A DNA stretch of 36,048 bases from Candidatus Omnitrophota bacterium (GCA_015233495.1 JADFXQ010000017.1:1-36048); one strand, 5' to 3'; positions 1-8,355 are shown, counted from the first letter of the stretch. Notes: generated by a model from the sequence alone, not told the origin. A program made the numbers and translations.

Positions 1-129
1 CCTATATGACCCCGGCAAAATGCTTCATATCGAGCCCGGAGCTCCTCAAAGATATCGGCTTTGATGATTAAAATTTTTTTCGCCCCCCCAGGGAATAGGG
101 GGTAAGGATCTATGGTATCATTCCCAACA
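1..129. mobile_element. Probable end of an insertion sequence (IS481/IS3-like), truncated by the left window edge
   Basis: 97-113 (agggggtaaggatctat) is the exact reverse complement of 35628-35644, which lies in the end of the IS at the right edge. Reading inward from 129 gives TGTTGGGAA..., a TGT terminus as in IS481. The + frame 3-71 reads YMTPAKCFISSPELLKDIGFDD*, resembling an integrase-type transposase C-terminus. Confidence 0.55.
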
Positions 130-404
130 TGAAAAAATTTTGTCATTTTTCCAAGCGTGCCGTTGTGCTATGATTAGTGTTATGTGGTGATTTGGATTTG
201 ACAAAGGGCATGGCCAAATTGTCCATAACCTTCCAAAATTGAGGAATGAAACATGGACAAAGAACGGATTGCCCGGCTAAATATAAAATCTGATGATGCG
301 GCCTGCAAAAAAGATTACGTCGGATACTGGATGGCCAGAGATTCGCTCTGTGTATCAGAAGTCGCGTCGCTTTGGCGTTCAAATTGTCAGATTTGTCAAA
401 TTTC

Positions 405-433
405 TTTACAAATGAAATATCGCCCGCTATAAT
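405..433 (+). promoter_or_regulatory. Sigma70-type promoter upstream of hisG
   Basis: TTTACA (405-410), 17-nt spacer, TATAAT (428-433). Confidence 0.75.
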
Positions 434-490
434 GTCGTTCCTTTGGTGGGAACGACCTATTTTAACTAAGAAGTTTGCGCGGTTGCGAGG

Positions 491-1375
491 ATGGAAGCTA
501 TGTCAAAATTGAGATTGGGTTTGCCGAAAGGAAGTTTGCAGGAGGCGACCGTCAAGGTGTTTGAGCGCGCCGGGTTCAAACTGTATATTTCCAGCCGGTC
601 GTATTTTCCCACGATCGACGACGCGGAAATCCAACCGATTTTATTGCGGGCGCAGGAGATGTCGCGTTACGTCGAGGACGGGACTTTGGACTGCGGCATC
701 ACCGGCGCGGATTGGATTTTGGAAAATAATTCCAAGGTGGACGTGCTGGCGGATTTGCTCTATGCCAAGCAAAGCGCGGTTAAGGTGCGCTGGGTGTTGG
801 CGGTGCCGGAAGATTCGTCCATTAAAAGCGTCAAAGATCTGGAAGGAAAGAGAATCGCTACGGAATTGGTCGGCGTGACCAAGGCTTATTTGAAAGCCAA
901 TAAAGTGAAGGCCCAGGTTGAATTCAGCTGGGGCGCCACGGAAGCGAAAGTAGCCGACGGTTTGGTGGACGCTATTGTCGAGCTGACCGAAACCGGCAGC
1001 AGTCTGCGGGCGCACAAATTGCGCATCGTCACCACAGTGTGTGAATCGACAACCCGGTTTATCGCCAATAAAACTGCGGCGAAAAATGAGTGGAAACGGA
1101 CAAAAATGGAGCAGATTGTCATGCTCCTTAAGGGCGCGATTGACGCGGCCAATATGGTGGGGCTGAAGTTGAATTTGGAAGAAAAGAATTTTGAAAAAAT
1201 TATTAAAATTCTTCCTTCCTTAAAACAACCGACGATTTCGCCTCTGAGCAAGGAAGGCTGGTTAGCCATGGAAACGGTTATCGACGAGAGTACGGTGCGC
1301 AATCTGATTCCGAAACTCAAAGCCGCGGGCGGCCAGGGCATCATCGAATATTCTTTAAACAAACTGATTTACTAA
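491..1375 (+). CDS. hisG: ATP phosphoribosyltransferase, long form with C-terminal regulatory domain (start may be 500)
   Basis: [34 protein letters not shown] motifs; C-terminal PTISPL...[11 protein letters not shown] domain. Confidence 0.97.
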   Translation: MEAMSKLRLGLPKGSLQEATVKVFERAGFKLYISSRSYFPTIDDAEIQPILLRAQEMSRYVEDGTLDCGITGADWILENNSKVDVLADLLYAKQSAVKVRWVLAVPEDSSIKSVKDLEGKRIATELVGVTKAYLKANKVKAQVEFSWGATEAKVADGLVDAIVELTETGSSLRAHKLRIVTTVCESTTRFIANKTAAKNEWKRTKMEQIVMLLKGAIDAANMVGLKLNLEEKNFEKIIKILPSLKQPTISPLSKEGWLAMETVIDESTVRNLIPKLKAAGGQGIIEYSLNKLIY

Positions 1376-1391
1376 TCCCGGATTAAAATCT

Positions 1392-1493
1392 ATGCCGTGC
1401 GGTAAAAAAAGAAAACGGATCAAGACACGGACGCATAAGCGCAAGAAAATGCGCAAGGCGCTCCGGCATCTCAAGAAACGTAAGTCACGCTAA
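1392..1493 (+). CDS. Small basic protein of the bS22/mS38 (AURKAIP1/COX24) family, 33 aa
   Basis: Manual translation MPCGKKRKRIKTRTHKRKKMRKALRHLKKRKSR*. It fits the MP(C/S)GxKRKRxKxxTHKRKKxxxxxRH pattern. Too short for the ORF track. Confidence 0.85.
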   Translation: MPCGKKRKRIKTRTHKRKKMRKALRHLKKRKSR

Positions 1494-1555
1494 GCCCAAA
1501 AGCTTTGATCGTGATAAACGGATTTCGCGTGTTTTTCATTCCATAGGAAAACAAT

Positions 1556-2587
1556 ATGCGTGAACTCGACAAGATCAATAGGCCCGGATTCTGCCTTGGC
1601 AAACAGATCGGCAGAGTTTGTTTCGCTTGGATGATCTTTGGCCAGGTGATATTGTCTGACGCTTGGGCATTTCCCGTTGAAACTCAGCAAGCGCAAAGCA
1701 ATGAGGCCCAAGCCTTGGCGCATTATGTGCTTGGTCAGGTCTATGATTTTTTGGGATTGAGCAACCGCGCGGTGTTGGAGTTTCAACAATCCGCCCAACT
1801 GGATCCCACGGTTTATTTTACTAATCTTCGGTTAGGCGCGGCGTATGCCCGTTTGGGGATGTTGGATGATGCCAAGCAGGCCTTGAGGCAAGCGGCAGAA
1901 AGCCGGCCCGCGGACACGCAGGCCCATTATCTGATGGCCTTGATTTATTCCACTCAGAAAAACTATGACCAGGCCGCTGCGGAATATGAGTTGATTTTAA
2001 GATCACTCGATGCCAATGACCCGCGCGGCTTTGAAATTCATAATTATCTCGCGCAGCTTTATTATTCCCAAAAAAAATATCCGCAAGCCATTGCTCAATT
2101 TGAAAAAATGTTGAGCTTGGAACCCCAAAACACCGATGTGATGTATTTTTTGGGCGCGCTTTATTTTGACTCCGGCAAGGCTGAAAAGGCCGAGAAGATT
2201 TTGCTTGCGGCGATTGTCATTGATCCGGAGCATGACGGGTGTCTGAACACCTTGGCGTATATTTACGCGGAACAAAGCCGGAAATTAGACCAGGCTTTGG
2301 CGTTGGTCAACCGCGCGTTAAAGATCGCGCCGGATCAGGGCGCGTATTGGGACACCTTGGGCTGGATTTACTTTCGCCAAGGCAAGACCGCCCAAGCTTT
2401 GGAAATGCTTAACAAAGCCGGCAGTCTGCTCGCTGACCCGGTGATTTTTGATCATCTCGGTGATGTTTATGCCGCGGATCATAATCTGCAAAAGGCTCTG
2501 GCCTATTGGAAAATGGCTTTGGAGCTGGATCCAGAGCAAAAGTCGGTGGCTCAAAAAATAAAAGAAATTTCACGGCCTCATTCCTAA
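1556..2587 (+). CDS. Exported tetratricopeptide-repeat protein
   Basis: Repeated TPR units (AHYxLG/MA, YFLGALY, LNTLAYIYA, AYWDTLGWIYFRQG, DHLGDVY); signal-like segment ending AWA; position before ispE is typical. Confidence 0.88.
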   Translation: MRELDKINRPGFCLGKQIGRVCFAWMIFGQVILSDAWAFPVETQQAQSNEAQALAHYVLGQVYDFLGLSNRAVLEFQQSAQLDPTVYFTNLRLGAAYARLGMLDDAKQALRQAAESRPADTQAHYLMALIYSTQKNYDQAAAEYELILRSLDANDPRGFEIHNYLAQLYYSQKKYPQAIAQFEKMLSLEPQNTDVMYFLGALYFDSGKAEKAEKILLAAIVIDPEHDGCLNTLAYIYAEQSRKLDQALALVNRALKIAPDQGAYWDTLGWIYFRQGKTAQALEMLNKAGSLLADPVIFDHLGDVYAADHNLQKALAYWKMALELDPEQKSVAQKIKEISRPHS

Positions 2588-3444
2588 TGCGTCCATTCAC
2601 TTTAAAATCTCCTGCGAAATTAAATCTCTATTTAAGCGTCAATCACCGCCGTCCGGACGGTTATCATGACATCACGACTTTATTTGAGCGGATCAATTTA
2701 TTTGATGAAATCAGCTTTGAGTCCGCGGTTGATCAGTCCATTCGGATTTCTTGCGATCATCCGCAAGTCCCGGTGGGGCGAAAAAATCTGGTTTATCAGG
2801 CCGCGAAGTTATTGCAAGACGAATTTGGTTTGCGACAGGGCGCCCGGATTTATATCCGAAAGCGGATTCCCGTTGCGGCGGGTTTGGCGGGAGGATCAAG
2901 TAATTGCGCTACAGCGTTGCTGGGTTTAAACCGGCTCTGGGGATTGAAGTTAGGACGCGAGGAACTGGTTCGTTTCGGTCAAAGTCTGGGCTGCGATGTC
3001 GCTTTTTTTCTTTATGATACTTCTTGGGCCTGGGGCAGGGGACGAGGGGATCAGATTGAGCCTTTAGATGTGAAAACAAAATGTTGGCATATCGTCGTAA
3101 CTCCCAAGGCCAAGGTCTATTCATCCGCAGTGTATTCAGCCTTGAAATTGGAGTTGACAAAGAAAATAGAGGATGTTAATATCCTACTCTCTTATTTAAG
3201 GATGAATAATATAATAGGGCTTGGTCGTGTTTTGCATAATGATCTAGAGCCGGCAGTTTGCTCTTTTTGCTCGACGGTGGAATCGGTTAAAGCGGCTTTG
3301 AAAAAATGGGATGTGCCCGGCGCGCGGGTTTCCGGAAGCGGACCGTCGGTTTACGCGCTTACGGAGAATGCCGCTCAGGCGAGGAACATCGCGGAGCATT
3401 TAGCCCATCGCTACGCGCAGGTTTTTGTGGTAAGCACGTTTTAG
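2587..3444 (+). CDS. ispE: 4-diphosphocytidyl-2-C-methyl-D-erythritol kinase
   Basis: PAKLNLYL, DGYH, KRIPVAAGLAGGSSN, GCDVAFF, NDLE, SGSGPSV. The ATG at 2587 overlaps the upstream stop (TAATG). Confidence 0.97.
   Translation: MRPFTLKSPAKLNLYLSVNHRRPDGYHDITTLFERINLFDEISFESAVDQSIRISCDHPQVPVGRKNLVYQAAKLLQDEFGLRQGARIYIRKRIPVAAGLAGGSSNCATALLGLNRLWGLKLGREELVRFGQSLGCDVAFFLYDTSWAWGRGRGDQIEPLDVKTKCWHIVVTPKAKVYSSAVYSALKLELTKKIEDVNILLSYLRMNNIIGLGRVLHNDLEPAVCSFCSTVESVKAALKKWDVPGARVSGSGPSVYALTENAAQARNIAEHLAHRYAQVFVVSTF
3154..3182 (+). promoter_or_regulatory. Internal sigma70-type promoter inside ispE
   Basis: TTGACA (3154-3159), 17-nt spacer, TAATAT (3177-3182), with extended -10 TG at 3174-3175, inside a local AT-rich patch. 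Confidence 0.6.
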
Positions 3445-3590
3445 AGATTTACAAAGGCCCAGGCTTCCGGAGGAGCAGAATCATGGGCATAAATAATTTG
3501 GCGAAAATTTTTGGCCAATTTAAAAAGTATAAACGGCTTTGCCCTAAGTTGTAAGCAAGCGATATTTTTTAAATGCGAAGGAAATTATTT

Positions 3591-4001
3591 ATGGAAATCA
3601 CGGAAATTCGAGTCTTCCCCAAAGAGGGCCAGGATAAGAAGCTGAAGGCGTACGCGACCGTCACCTTTGATCATGTTTTTGTGGTTCGGAATATCAAGAT
3701 CATTCAGGGAGCAGCGGCTTTGTTTATCGCTATGCCGTCGCGCAAGGTTAAAAATTCTTGTTCTAAATGCGGCGTGAAAAATGAAGTTGGCAGCCGCTAT
3801 TGCAATCATTGCGCGGCGGCCCAGCCGCAGAACCGGAACGCGGAAACGGATCCTGTCGACGCGAAAGCGGATCATCGGGATATGGCCCATCCGATAACGC
3901 AGGAATTTCGTGATTATTTGCAGAAAAAGATTTTAGACGCTTACACCAAAGAAATCGCGTCCGGAAGGCCGGTGTCGAAATTTGACGCCGGGGATGATTA
4001 G
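3591..4001 (+). CDS. spoVG: SpoVG family nucleic-acid-binding protein with inserted zinc ribbon
   Basis: MEITEIRV, KLKAYATVTFD, LFIAMPSRK, DMAHPI; insert CSKC-x10-CNHC. Confidence 0.93.
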   Translation: MEITEIRVFPKEGQDKKLKAYATVTFDHVFVVRNIKIIQGAAALFIAMPSRKVKNSCSKCGVKNEVGSRYCNHCAAAQPQNRNAETDPVDAKADHRDMAHPITQEFRDYLQKKILDAYTKEIASGRPVSKFDAGDD

Positions 4002-4005
4002 CGCT

Positions 4006-4106
4006 AAATAACAAAATTCAAAATCAAAATTTAAATTAAAAACAGAAATGCGGAATTTGATGTTTTGGGCTTAGAATTTTGTAATTTGAATTTTGTCATT
4101 TGTTAT
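4006..4106. repeat. AT-rich palindromic element, copy 1
   Basis: The left arm starting aaataacaaaattcaaa pairs 16/17 with tttgaattttgtcattt. It shares 21 identical bp (4076-4096 = 9173-9193) with copy 2. Confidence 0.75.
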
Positions 4107-4113
4107 CTTATCT

Positions 4114-4184
4114 TGCCTGGTGGTGTAATGGTAACACACGAGAATTTGGATCTCGTTTTCAAGGTTCGAATCCTTGCCGGGCAG
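4114..4184 (+). tRNA. tRNA-Gln (anticodon TTG), CCA not encoded
   Basis: Acceptor TGCCTGG/CCGGGCA, D stem GTGT/ACAC, anticodon arm CGAGA-ATTTGGA-TCTCG, T arm CAAGG-TTCGAAT-CCTTG; usual position between ispE and prs. Confidence 0.96.
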
Positions 4185-4196
4185 TTTTTAAAAATT

Positions 4197-4290
4197 CGGC
4201 AAGGATTCGAACCTAAGGGGCGCGGGGAGATCGTCCCCGAGAGTCGATTGCGGTAAAATCTCGATTTTCGAAATATCAGAATGCGAGTCC
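4197..4290. repeat. Structured element downstream of the tRNA, starting with an inverted copy of the T arm
   Basis: 4197-4214 is the exact reverse complement of 4162-4179. It is followed by hairpins gggga/tcccc and cgagagtcga/tcgattttcg. Confidence 0.7.
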
Positions 4291-4297
4291 GGAATTG

Positions 4298-5545
4298 ATG
4301 CCAGAACTCCGCTCCATCATTTTAGCCGCGGGAAAAGGGACGCGGATGAAATCCGCAATCCCGAAAGTTTTGCATGCGGTGTGCGGACAGCCGATTTTAC
4401 GCTATGTGTTGGACGTGAGTCGGGCGGCTGGAGCGCGGAAGACTTATGTTGTGGTTGGTCATCAAGCGGACGCGGTGCGGGATTTTGTAGGCGCCGCGGC
4501 GGAAGTGATCGAGCAGACGCAGCTTTTAGGAACCGCGGACGCGGTACGGCGGGTGGTTCCGTTTTTGAAAAATTTTAGCGGGGATGTGTTGATTCTTTGC
4601 GGCGATGCGCCGCTTTTAGAAAAACCAACCATCCGCGCCCTGGTCAACCGCCACCGGCGGGCGGACGCGGTATGCACCGTATTGTCCGCGGAGGTTGCCG
4701 ACCCTGCGGGTTATGGTCGAATCGTGCGGGACAATGCCGGTGAAATAATGGCGATCCGCGAGCATCAAGACGCGGATTCTCGGGAAAGGAAAATCCCGGA
4801 AATCAATGTCGGCGTGTATTGCGTCCGCTCGCGCGATTTGCTGCGGGCCTTGTCGGGTGTTACATTTAACGGCCGGAAAAAAGAATTTTATTTGACGGAT
4901 ATTGTGGCGATTTTGCGTCAGGCCAAACTGAAAGTCCAAGCGGTGAAAATCCGCGATTCCCGGGAGGGCTTGGGAATCAATACCCGAAGGGATTTGGCGC
5001 TGGCGCAGAAGGTGATGGGGGGGAAAATTCTCCAAGCTTTCATGGATAACGGCGTTACCCTTGTTGATCCTGTTAACACCTACATTGGTCACGACGTGAA
5101 AATCGGCAGGGACACGGTTATCCAGCCGTTTGTTTACATTGACCACGATGTGCGCATCGGAAAAGATTGTCAGATCGGGCCGTTTTGCCGACTGCGTCCG
5201 GGAACCCGTTTAGGCGATCGGGTTCAGATCGGGAATTTCGGCGAGGTATCGCGCAGCGGGTTTGGCGATCAGAGCGTGATGAAACACTTTGGTTTCGTGG
5301 GAGATACCCGCATAGGAAAGAATGTCAATATCGGCGCGGGGTTTGTGACCGCGAATTACGATGGAAAAAGCAAGAATAAAACAGTCATTGGCGATAAGGC
5401 CTTTATCGGCTCAAATTCCACAGTAGTCGCGCCGGTGAACATAGCCGCGCAAGCGGTTTTGGGCGCCGGGAGTGTTTTAACGCAGGGCCGGAAAATTCCG
5501 GCGGGAAAAGTGGCGGTTGGTGTCCCGGCGCGGGTGGTGCGGTAA
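4298..5545 (+). CDS. glmU: Bifunctional N-acetylglucosamine-1-phosphate uridyltransferase / glucosamine-1-phosphate acetyltransferase
   Basis: LAAGKGTRMKS-PKVLH, LGTADAV, GYGRIVR, EFYLTD, hexapeptide repeats, NIGAG, NYDG. Confidence 0.95.
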   Translation: MPELRSIILAAGKGTRMKSAIPKVLHAVCGQPILRYVLDVSRAAGARKTYVVVGHQADAVRDFVGAAAEVIEQTQLLGTADAVRRVVPFLKNFSGDVLILCGDAPLLEKPTIRALVNRHRRADAVCTVLSAEVADPAGYGRIVRDNAGEIMAIREHQDADSRERKIPEINVGVYCVRSRDLLRALSGVTFNGRKKEFYLTDIVAILRQAKLKVQAVKIRDSREGLGINTRRDLALAQKVMGGKILQAFMDNGVTLVDPVNTYIGHDVKIGRDTVIQPFVYIDHDVRIGKDCQIGPFCRLRPGTRLGDRVQIGNFGEVSRSGFGDQSVMKHFGFVGDTRIGKNVNIGAGFVTANYDGKSKNKTVIGDKAFIGSNSTVVAPVNIAAQAVLGAGSVLTQGRKIPAGKVAVGVPARVVR

Positions 5546-5579
5546 TGCGGCGATTGGGAAAATTTTAAAGGAAACTATT

Positions 5580-6530
5580 ATGGACAAAACACGAATTTTT
5601 ACCGGTAACGCGCATCCCCAATTAGCCGAGAGCATTTGTCGGCAGTTAAAGGTCAGTTTGGGCAAGGCGCTCATTTCGCGGTTCAGCGAGGGGGAAATCC
5701 GCGTCAAATTGCAAGATAATGTGCGCGGCAAAGACGTGTTTATCATTCAGCCGACTTGCCCGCCGGCAAATGAGAATTTGATGGAATTATTGATTATGAT
5801 CGACGCGGCGCGCCGGGCTTCCGCTTGGCGGATCACCGCGGTGCTGCCTTATTACGCTTACGCGCGCCAAGACCGCAAGGATCAGCCCCGCGTGCCGATC
5901 ACCGCGAAATTGGTGGCGAATTTGATCACCGCGTCGGGCGCGGACCGTGTGTTGACCATGGATTTGCATGCCTCGCAGATTCAGGGTTTTTTTGATATTC
6001 CGGTAGACCATTTGTACGCGATTAACCCGTTGTGCGAATATTTTAAGGAGAAGGCGGTTGCGGATTTGATCGTCGTGTCTCCGGATGTCGGGGGAACGCG
6101 CATGGCCCGGGCTTACGCGAAGCGTTTGGGAGTGGGTTTGGCGATTGTGGATAAACGCCGGGAAAGTCCCGAAAAGACGGAAGTCATGCATATTCTTGGC
6201 GACGTGAAAGGGAAAAGCGCGGTGATGGTCGATGATATCATCGCGACGGGAAGTTCATTGCTCGAGGCTGCGGAGGCACTGAAAAAGCAGGGAGTGAAAA
6301 AAGTATTTGCCGCGGTATCGCACGGGATTCTTTCGGGAAACGCCATTGAGCGTCTGAATGCCAGTACGGCGTTGGAAGAATTGGTTATCACCGATACGAT
6401 TCCTTTGGCGGAGTCAAAACGTTCGGATAAAATCACGGTGGTTTCCGCGGCGCCGCTTTTAGCGGACGCGATTAAACGCATCCATGATGAACAATCGATC
6501 AGTTGTTTGTTTGATGAGGCAACGAAATAG
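5580..6530 (+). CDS. prs: Ribose-phosphate pyrophosphokinase
   Basis: FSEGE, PYYAYARQDRK, MDLHASQIQGFFD, VSPDVGG, VDDIIATG. Confidence 0.98.
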   Translation: MDKTRIFTGNAHPQLAESICRQLKVSLGKALISRFSEGEIRVKLQDNVRGKDVFIIQPTCPPANENLMELLIMIDAARRASAWRITAVLPYYAYARQDRKDQPRVPITAKLVANLITASGADRVLTMDLHASQIQGFFDIPVDHLYAINPLCEYFKEKAVADLIVVSPDVGGTRMARAYAKRLGVGLAIVDKRRESPEKTEVMHILGDVKGKSAVMVDDIIATGSSLLEAAEALKKQGVKKVFAAVSHGILSGNAIERLNASTALEELVITDTIPLAESKRSDKITVVSAAPLLADAIKRIHDEQSISCLFDEATK

Positions 6531-6542
6531 AGGGGACAACGG

Positions 6543-6623
6543 AATAGGGGACAGCGCCCTATTGCGTCAGTTTCACAATATTTAATCGTTAAGGCAAATC
6601 GAAATAGGGCGCTGTCTCCTATT
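6543..6623. repeat. REP-like inverted doublet
   Basis: 6543-6563 and 6603-6623 are inverted repeats matching 20/21. Each arm is itself an imperfect hairpin (aatagg...cctatt). Confidence 0.75.
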
Positions 6624-6640
6624 TATTAAGGCGGAAGAAC

Positions 6641-7336
6641 ATGGAAGAGATTAAATTTGATGTTGAGGTGAGAAAAAGCACGGGAAAACAAACGGTGAAG
6701 GCGTTGCGCCGTCAAAATATGATTCCGGGGATTGTTTACGGCGGGAAGAGCGGCCCGACCGTCATTCAGTTAGACCGAAAAAAATTCGAAGGCGTTATGC
6801 GTTTGCACCGCGGCCAGAATGTGATTTTTCATTTGAACGTTTTGGAAAACGGGCAAAAACTGCGCGATTACGCGGCTTTATTAAAGGAAGAGCAAAATCA
6901 TCCGGTTTTGGATAACGTCGTGCATGTGGATTTTCAACGCATTGATTTGAAGAAAGAAGTCACGGTCAAGGTCGCTTTGGAAGCCAAGGGCGATCCGGCA
7001 GGCGTTAAGCAGGGCGGCACGCTGGAACATATTCTTTGGGAATTGGAAATTGTTTGTTTGCCGACGAATATTCCGCAAAAAATCGATGTGGATGTTTCCG
7101 CTTTGAATATGAATCAATCGATTCATGTCAAAGAGATTGTTTTACCGGCGGGGATCAAGGTAAAAAATGATCCCGAATCCATTGCGTTTACCGTGGCGCC
7201 GCCGCGGAAAGAGGAAGAAGCTCCCGTCGAAGGCCAACCTGCAGAGCCGGAAGTCACTAAGGAAAAGAAACCGAAGGCGGAAGGTGGTGAAGCGGGTAAA
7301 GAGGCAGGAAAGGAAGCGGGTAAGGATAAAAAGTAG
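6641..7336 (+). CDS. rplY: 50S ribosomal protein bL25 (long Ctc/TL5 form)
   Basis: LRRQNMIPGIVYG, HVDFQRI, GVKQGG, CLPTNIP; charged low-complexity tail. Confidence 0.96.
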   Translation: MEEIKFDVEVRKSTGKQTVKALRRQNMIPGIVYGGKSGPTVIQLDRKKFEGVMRLHRGQNVIFHLNVLENGQKLRDYAALLKEEQNHPVLDNVVHVDFQRIDLKKEVTVKVALEAKGDPAGVKQGGTLEHILWELEIVCLPTNIPQKIDVDVSALNMNQSIHVKEIVLPAGIKVKNDPESIAFTVAPPRKEEEAPVEGQPAEPEVTKEKKPKAEGGEAGKEAGKEAGKDKK

Positions 7337-7359
7337 CGAGCGGATAGAGACAGCCAGTT

Positions 7360-7971
7360 ATGGACACGCGGGTCATTTTCGGTTTAGGCAATCCTGGTCG
7401 GGAATATGAAAATACCCGGCATAATTTGGGATTTATGGTTCTGGCTTGTCTAGCCCGGCAGCGGGGCTTGGTTTTTAAAAATTGCGCGTTTGCCAAGGGA
7501 TGGTTAGCGCAGGAGCTGACCGGTTCACGTCTAACCGTGTTATTTTTGCCGGCAACCTTCATGAATTTATCCGGGAACGCGGTACGAAAAGTGCTGGATA
7601 AACAGGGTGTTGGGTTGGCGCAGATCCTTTTAGTTTGTGATGATTTGAATCTGGACTTTGGCCAGATGCGGTTGCGGAAAAAAGGTTCGGACGGCGGACA
7701 CAATGGTTTAAAATCCGTGATTGCAGCTTTCGCTTCGCAGGAATTCGCCCGTTTGCGCATTGGGATCGGGCATCCGGGAAACAAAGACGCGGTCGTGGAT
7801 TATGTGTTGCAGCCGTTTAACAAAGAGGAACGAGAAAGATTGCCGGCTATTGTGGAAACAGCCGCGGAGTGTTGTTCAAAATGGGCGTCACAGGTAGAGC
7901 GTCCGGAGTCGGTGGTCCATGTGGACGCCATAAAATCCAGAGACACAGAGAGGCGGGGAGAATTAAAATGA
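7360..7971 (+). CDS. pth: Peptidyl-tRNA hydrolase
   Basis: GLGNPG, TRHNLGF, TFMNLSG, DDL, GGHNGLKS, RLRIGIG. Confidence 0.97.
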   Translation: MDTRVIFGLGNPGREYENTRHNLGFMVLACLARQRGLVFKNCAFAKGWLAQELTGSRLTVLFLPATFMNLSGNAVRKVLDKQGVGLAQILLVCDDLNLDFGQMRLRKKGSDGGHNGLKSVIAAFASQEFARLRIGIGHPGNKDAVVDYVLQPFNKEERERLPAIVETAAECCSKWASQVERPESVVHVDAIKSRDTERRGELK

Positions 7972-8273
7972 CAATTGCGGAATTGAACAGGAAGTATGAA
8001 CTGGTCGTTGTGGTTGATGCGAAGCTGACCGGGGAAGAAAAAGAAGCCATCTTGAAAGACGCGTTAGACCTAATCGGGAAATGCGGCGGCAGAATCATTA
8101 ACAGCCAGATTTGGCTGGAAAAGCATAAATTTACTTTCCGGATTAACAAACGGACAGAAGGGACCTATTATCTGGTGAATTTTGAGTGCGCGGGCGCGGG
8201 GCTTCCGGAAATCCGTAAGGAAATGCGGCTTAAGGAAAAAATTCTCCGGTTTTTGTTGGTTAAAATCGCGTAA
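7968..8273 (+). CDS. rpsF: 30S ribosomal protein bS6
   Basis: RKYELVVVV, FRINKRTEGTYYLVNF, ILRFLLVK; ATGA overlap with pth; rpsF-ssb-rpsR-rplI order. Confidence 0.93.
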   Translation: MTIAELNRKYELVVVVDAKLTGEEKEAILKDALDLIGKCGGRIINSQIWLEKHKFTFRINKRTEGTYYLVNFECAGAGLPEIRKEMRLKEKILRFLLVKIA

Positions 8274-8355
8274 TAAGCCCTCTTGCCCGCTCCCTCCCCG
8301 CGAGTGGCAGGGAAAGAGGAAAATAATTTTATAATTTGTTTTAGGGAGGATGGAA

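Noticed and set aside
246..456. Histidine attenuator upstream of hisG
   Set aside because: The short ORF at 246 (MKHGQRTDCPAKYKI) has only one His and lies upstream of the promoter. The 434-456 hairpin straddles the predicted start site.
4065..4256. 63-aa ORF
   Set aside because: It runs through the AT-rich repeat and tRNA-Gln.
7289..7325. EAGK x3 repeat at the end of rplY
   Set aside because: Ordinary low-complexity tail of long bL25 proteins.
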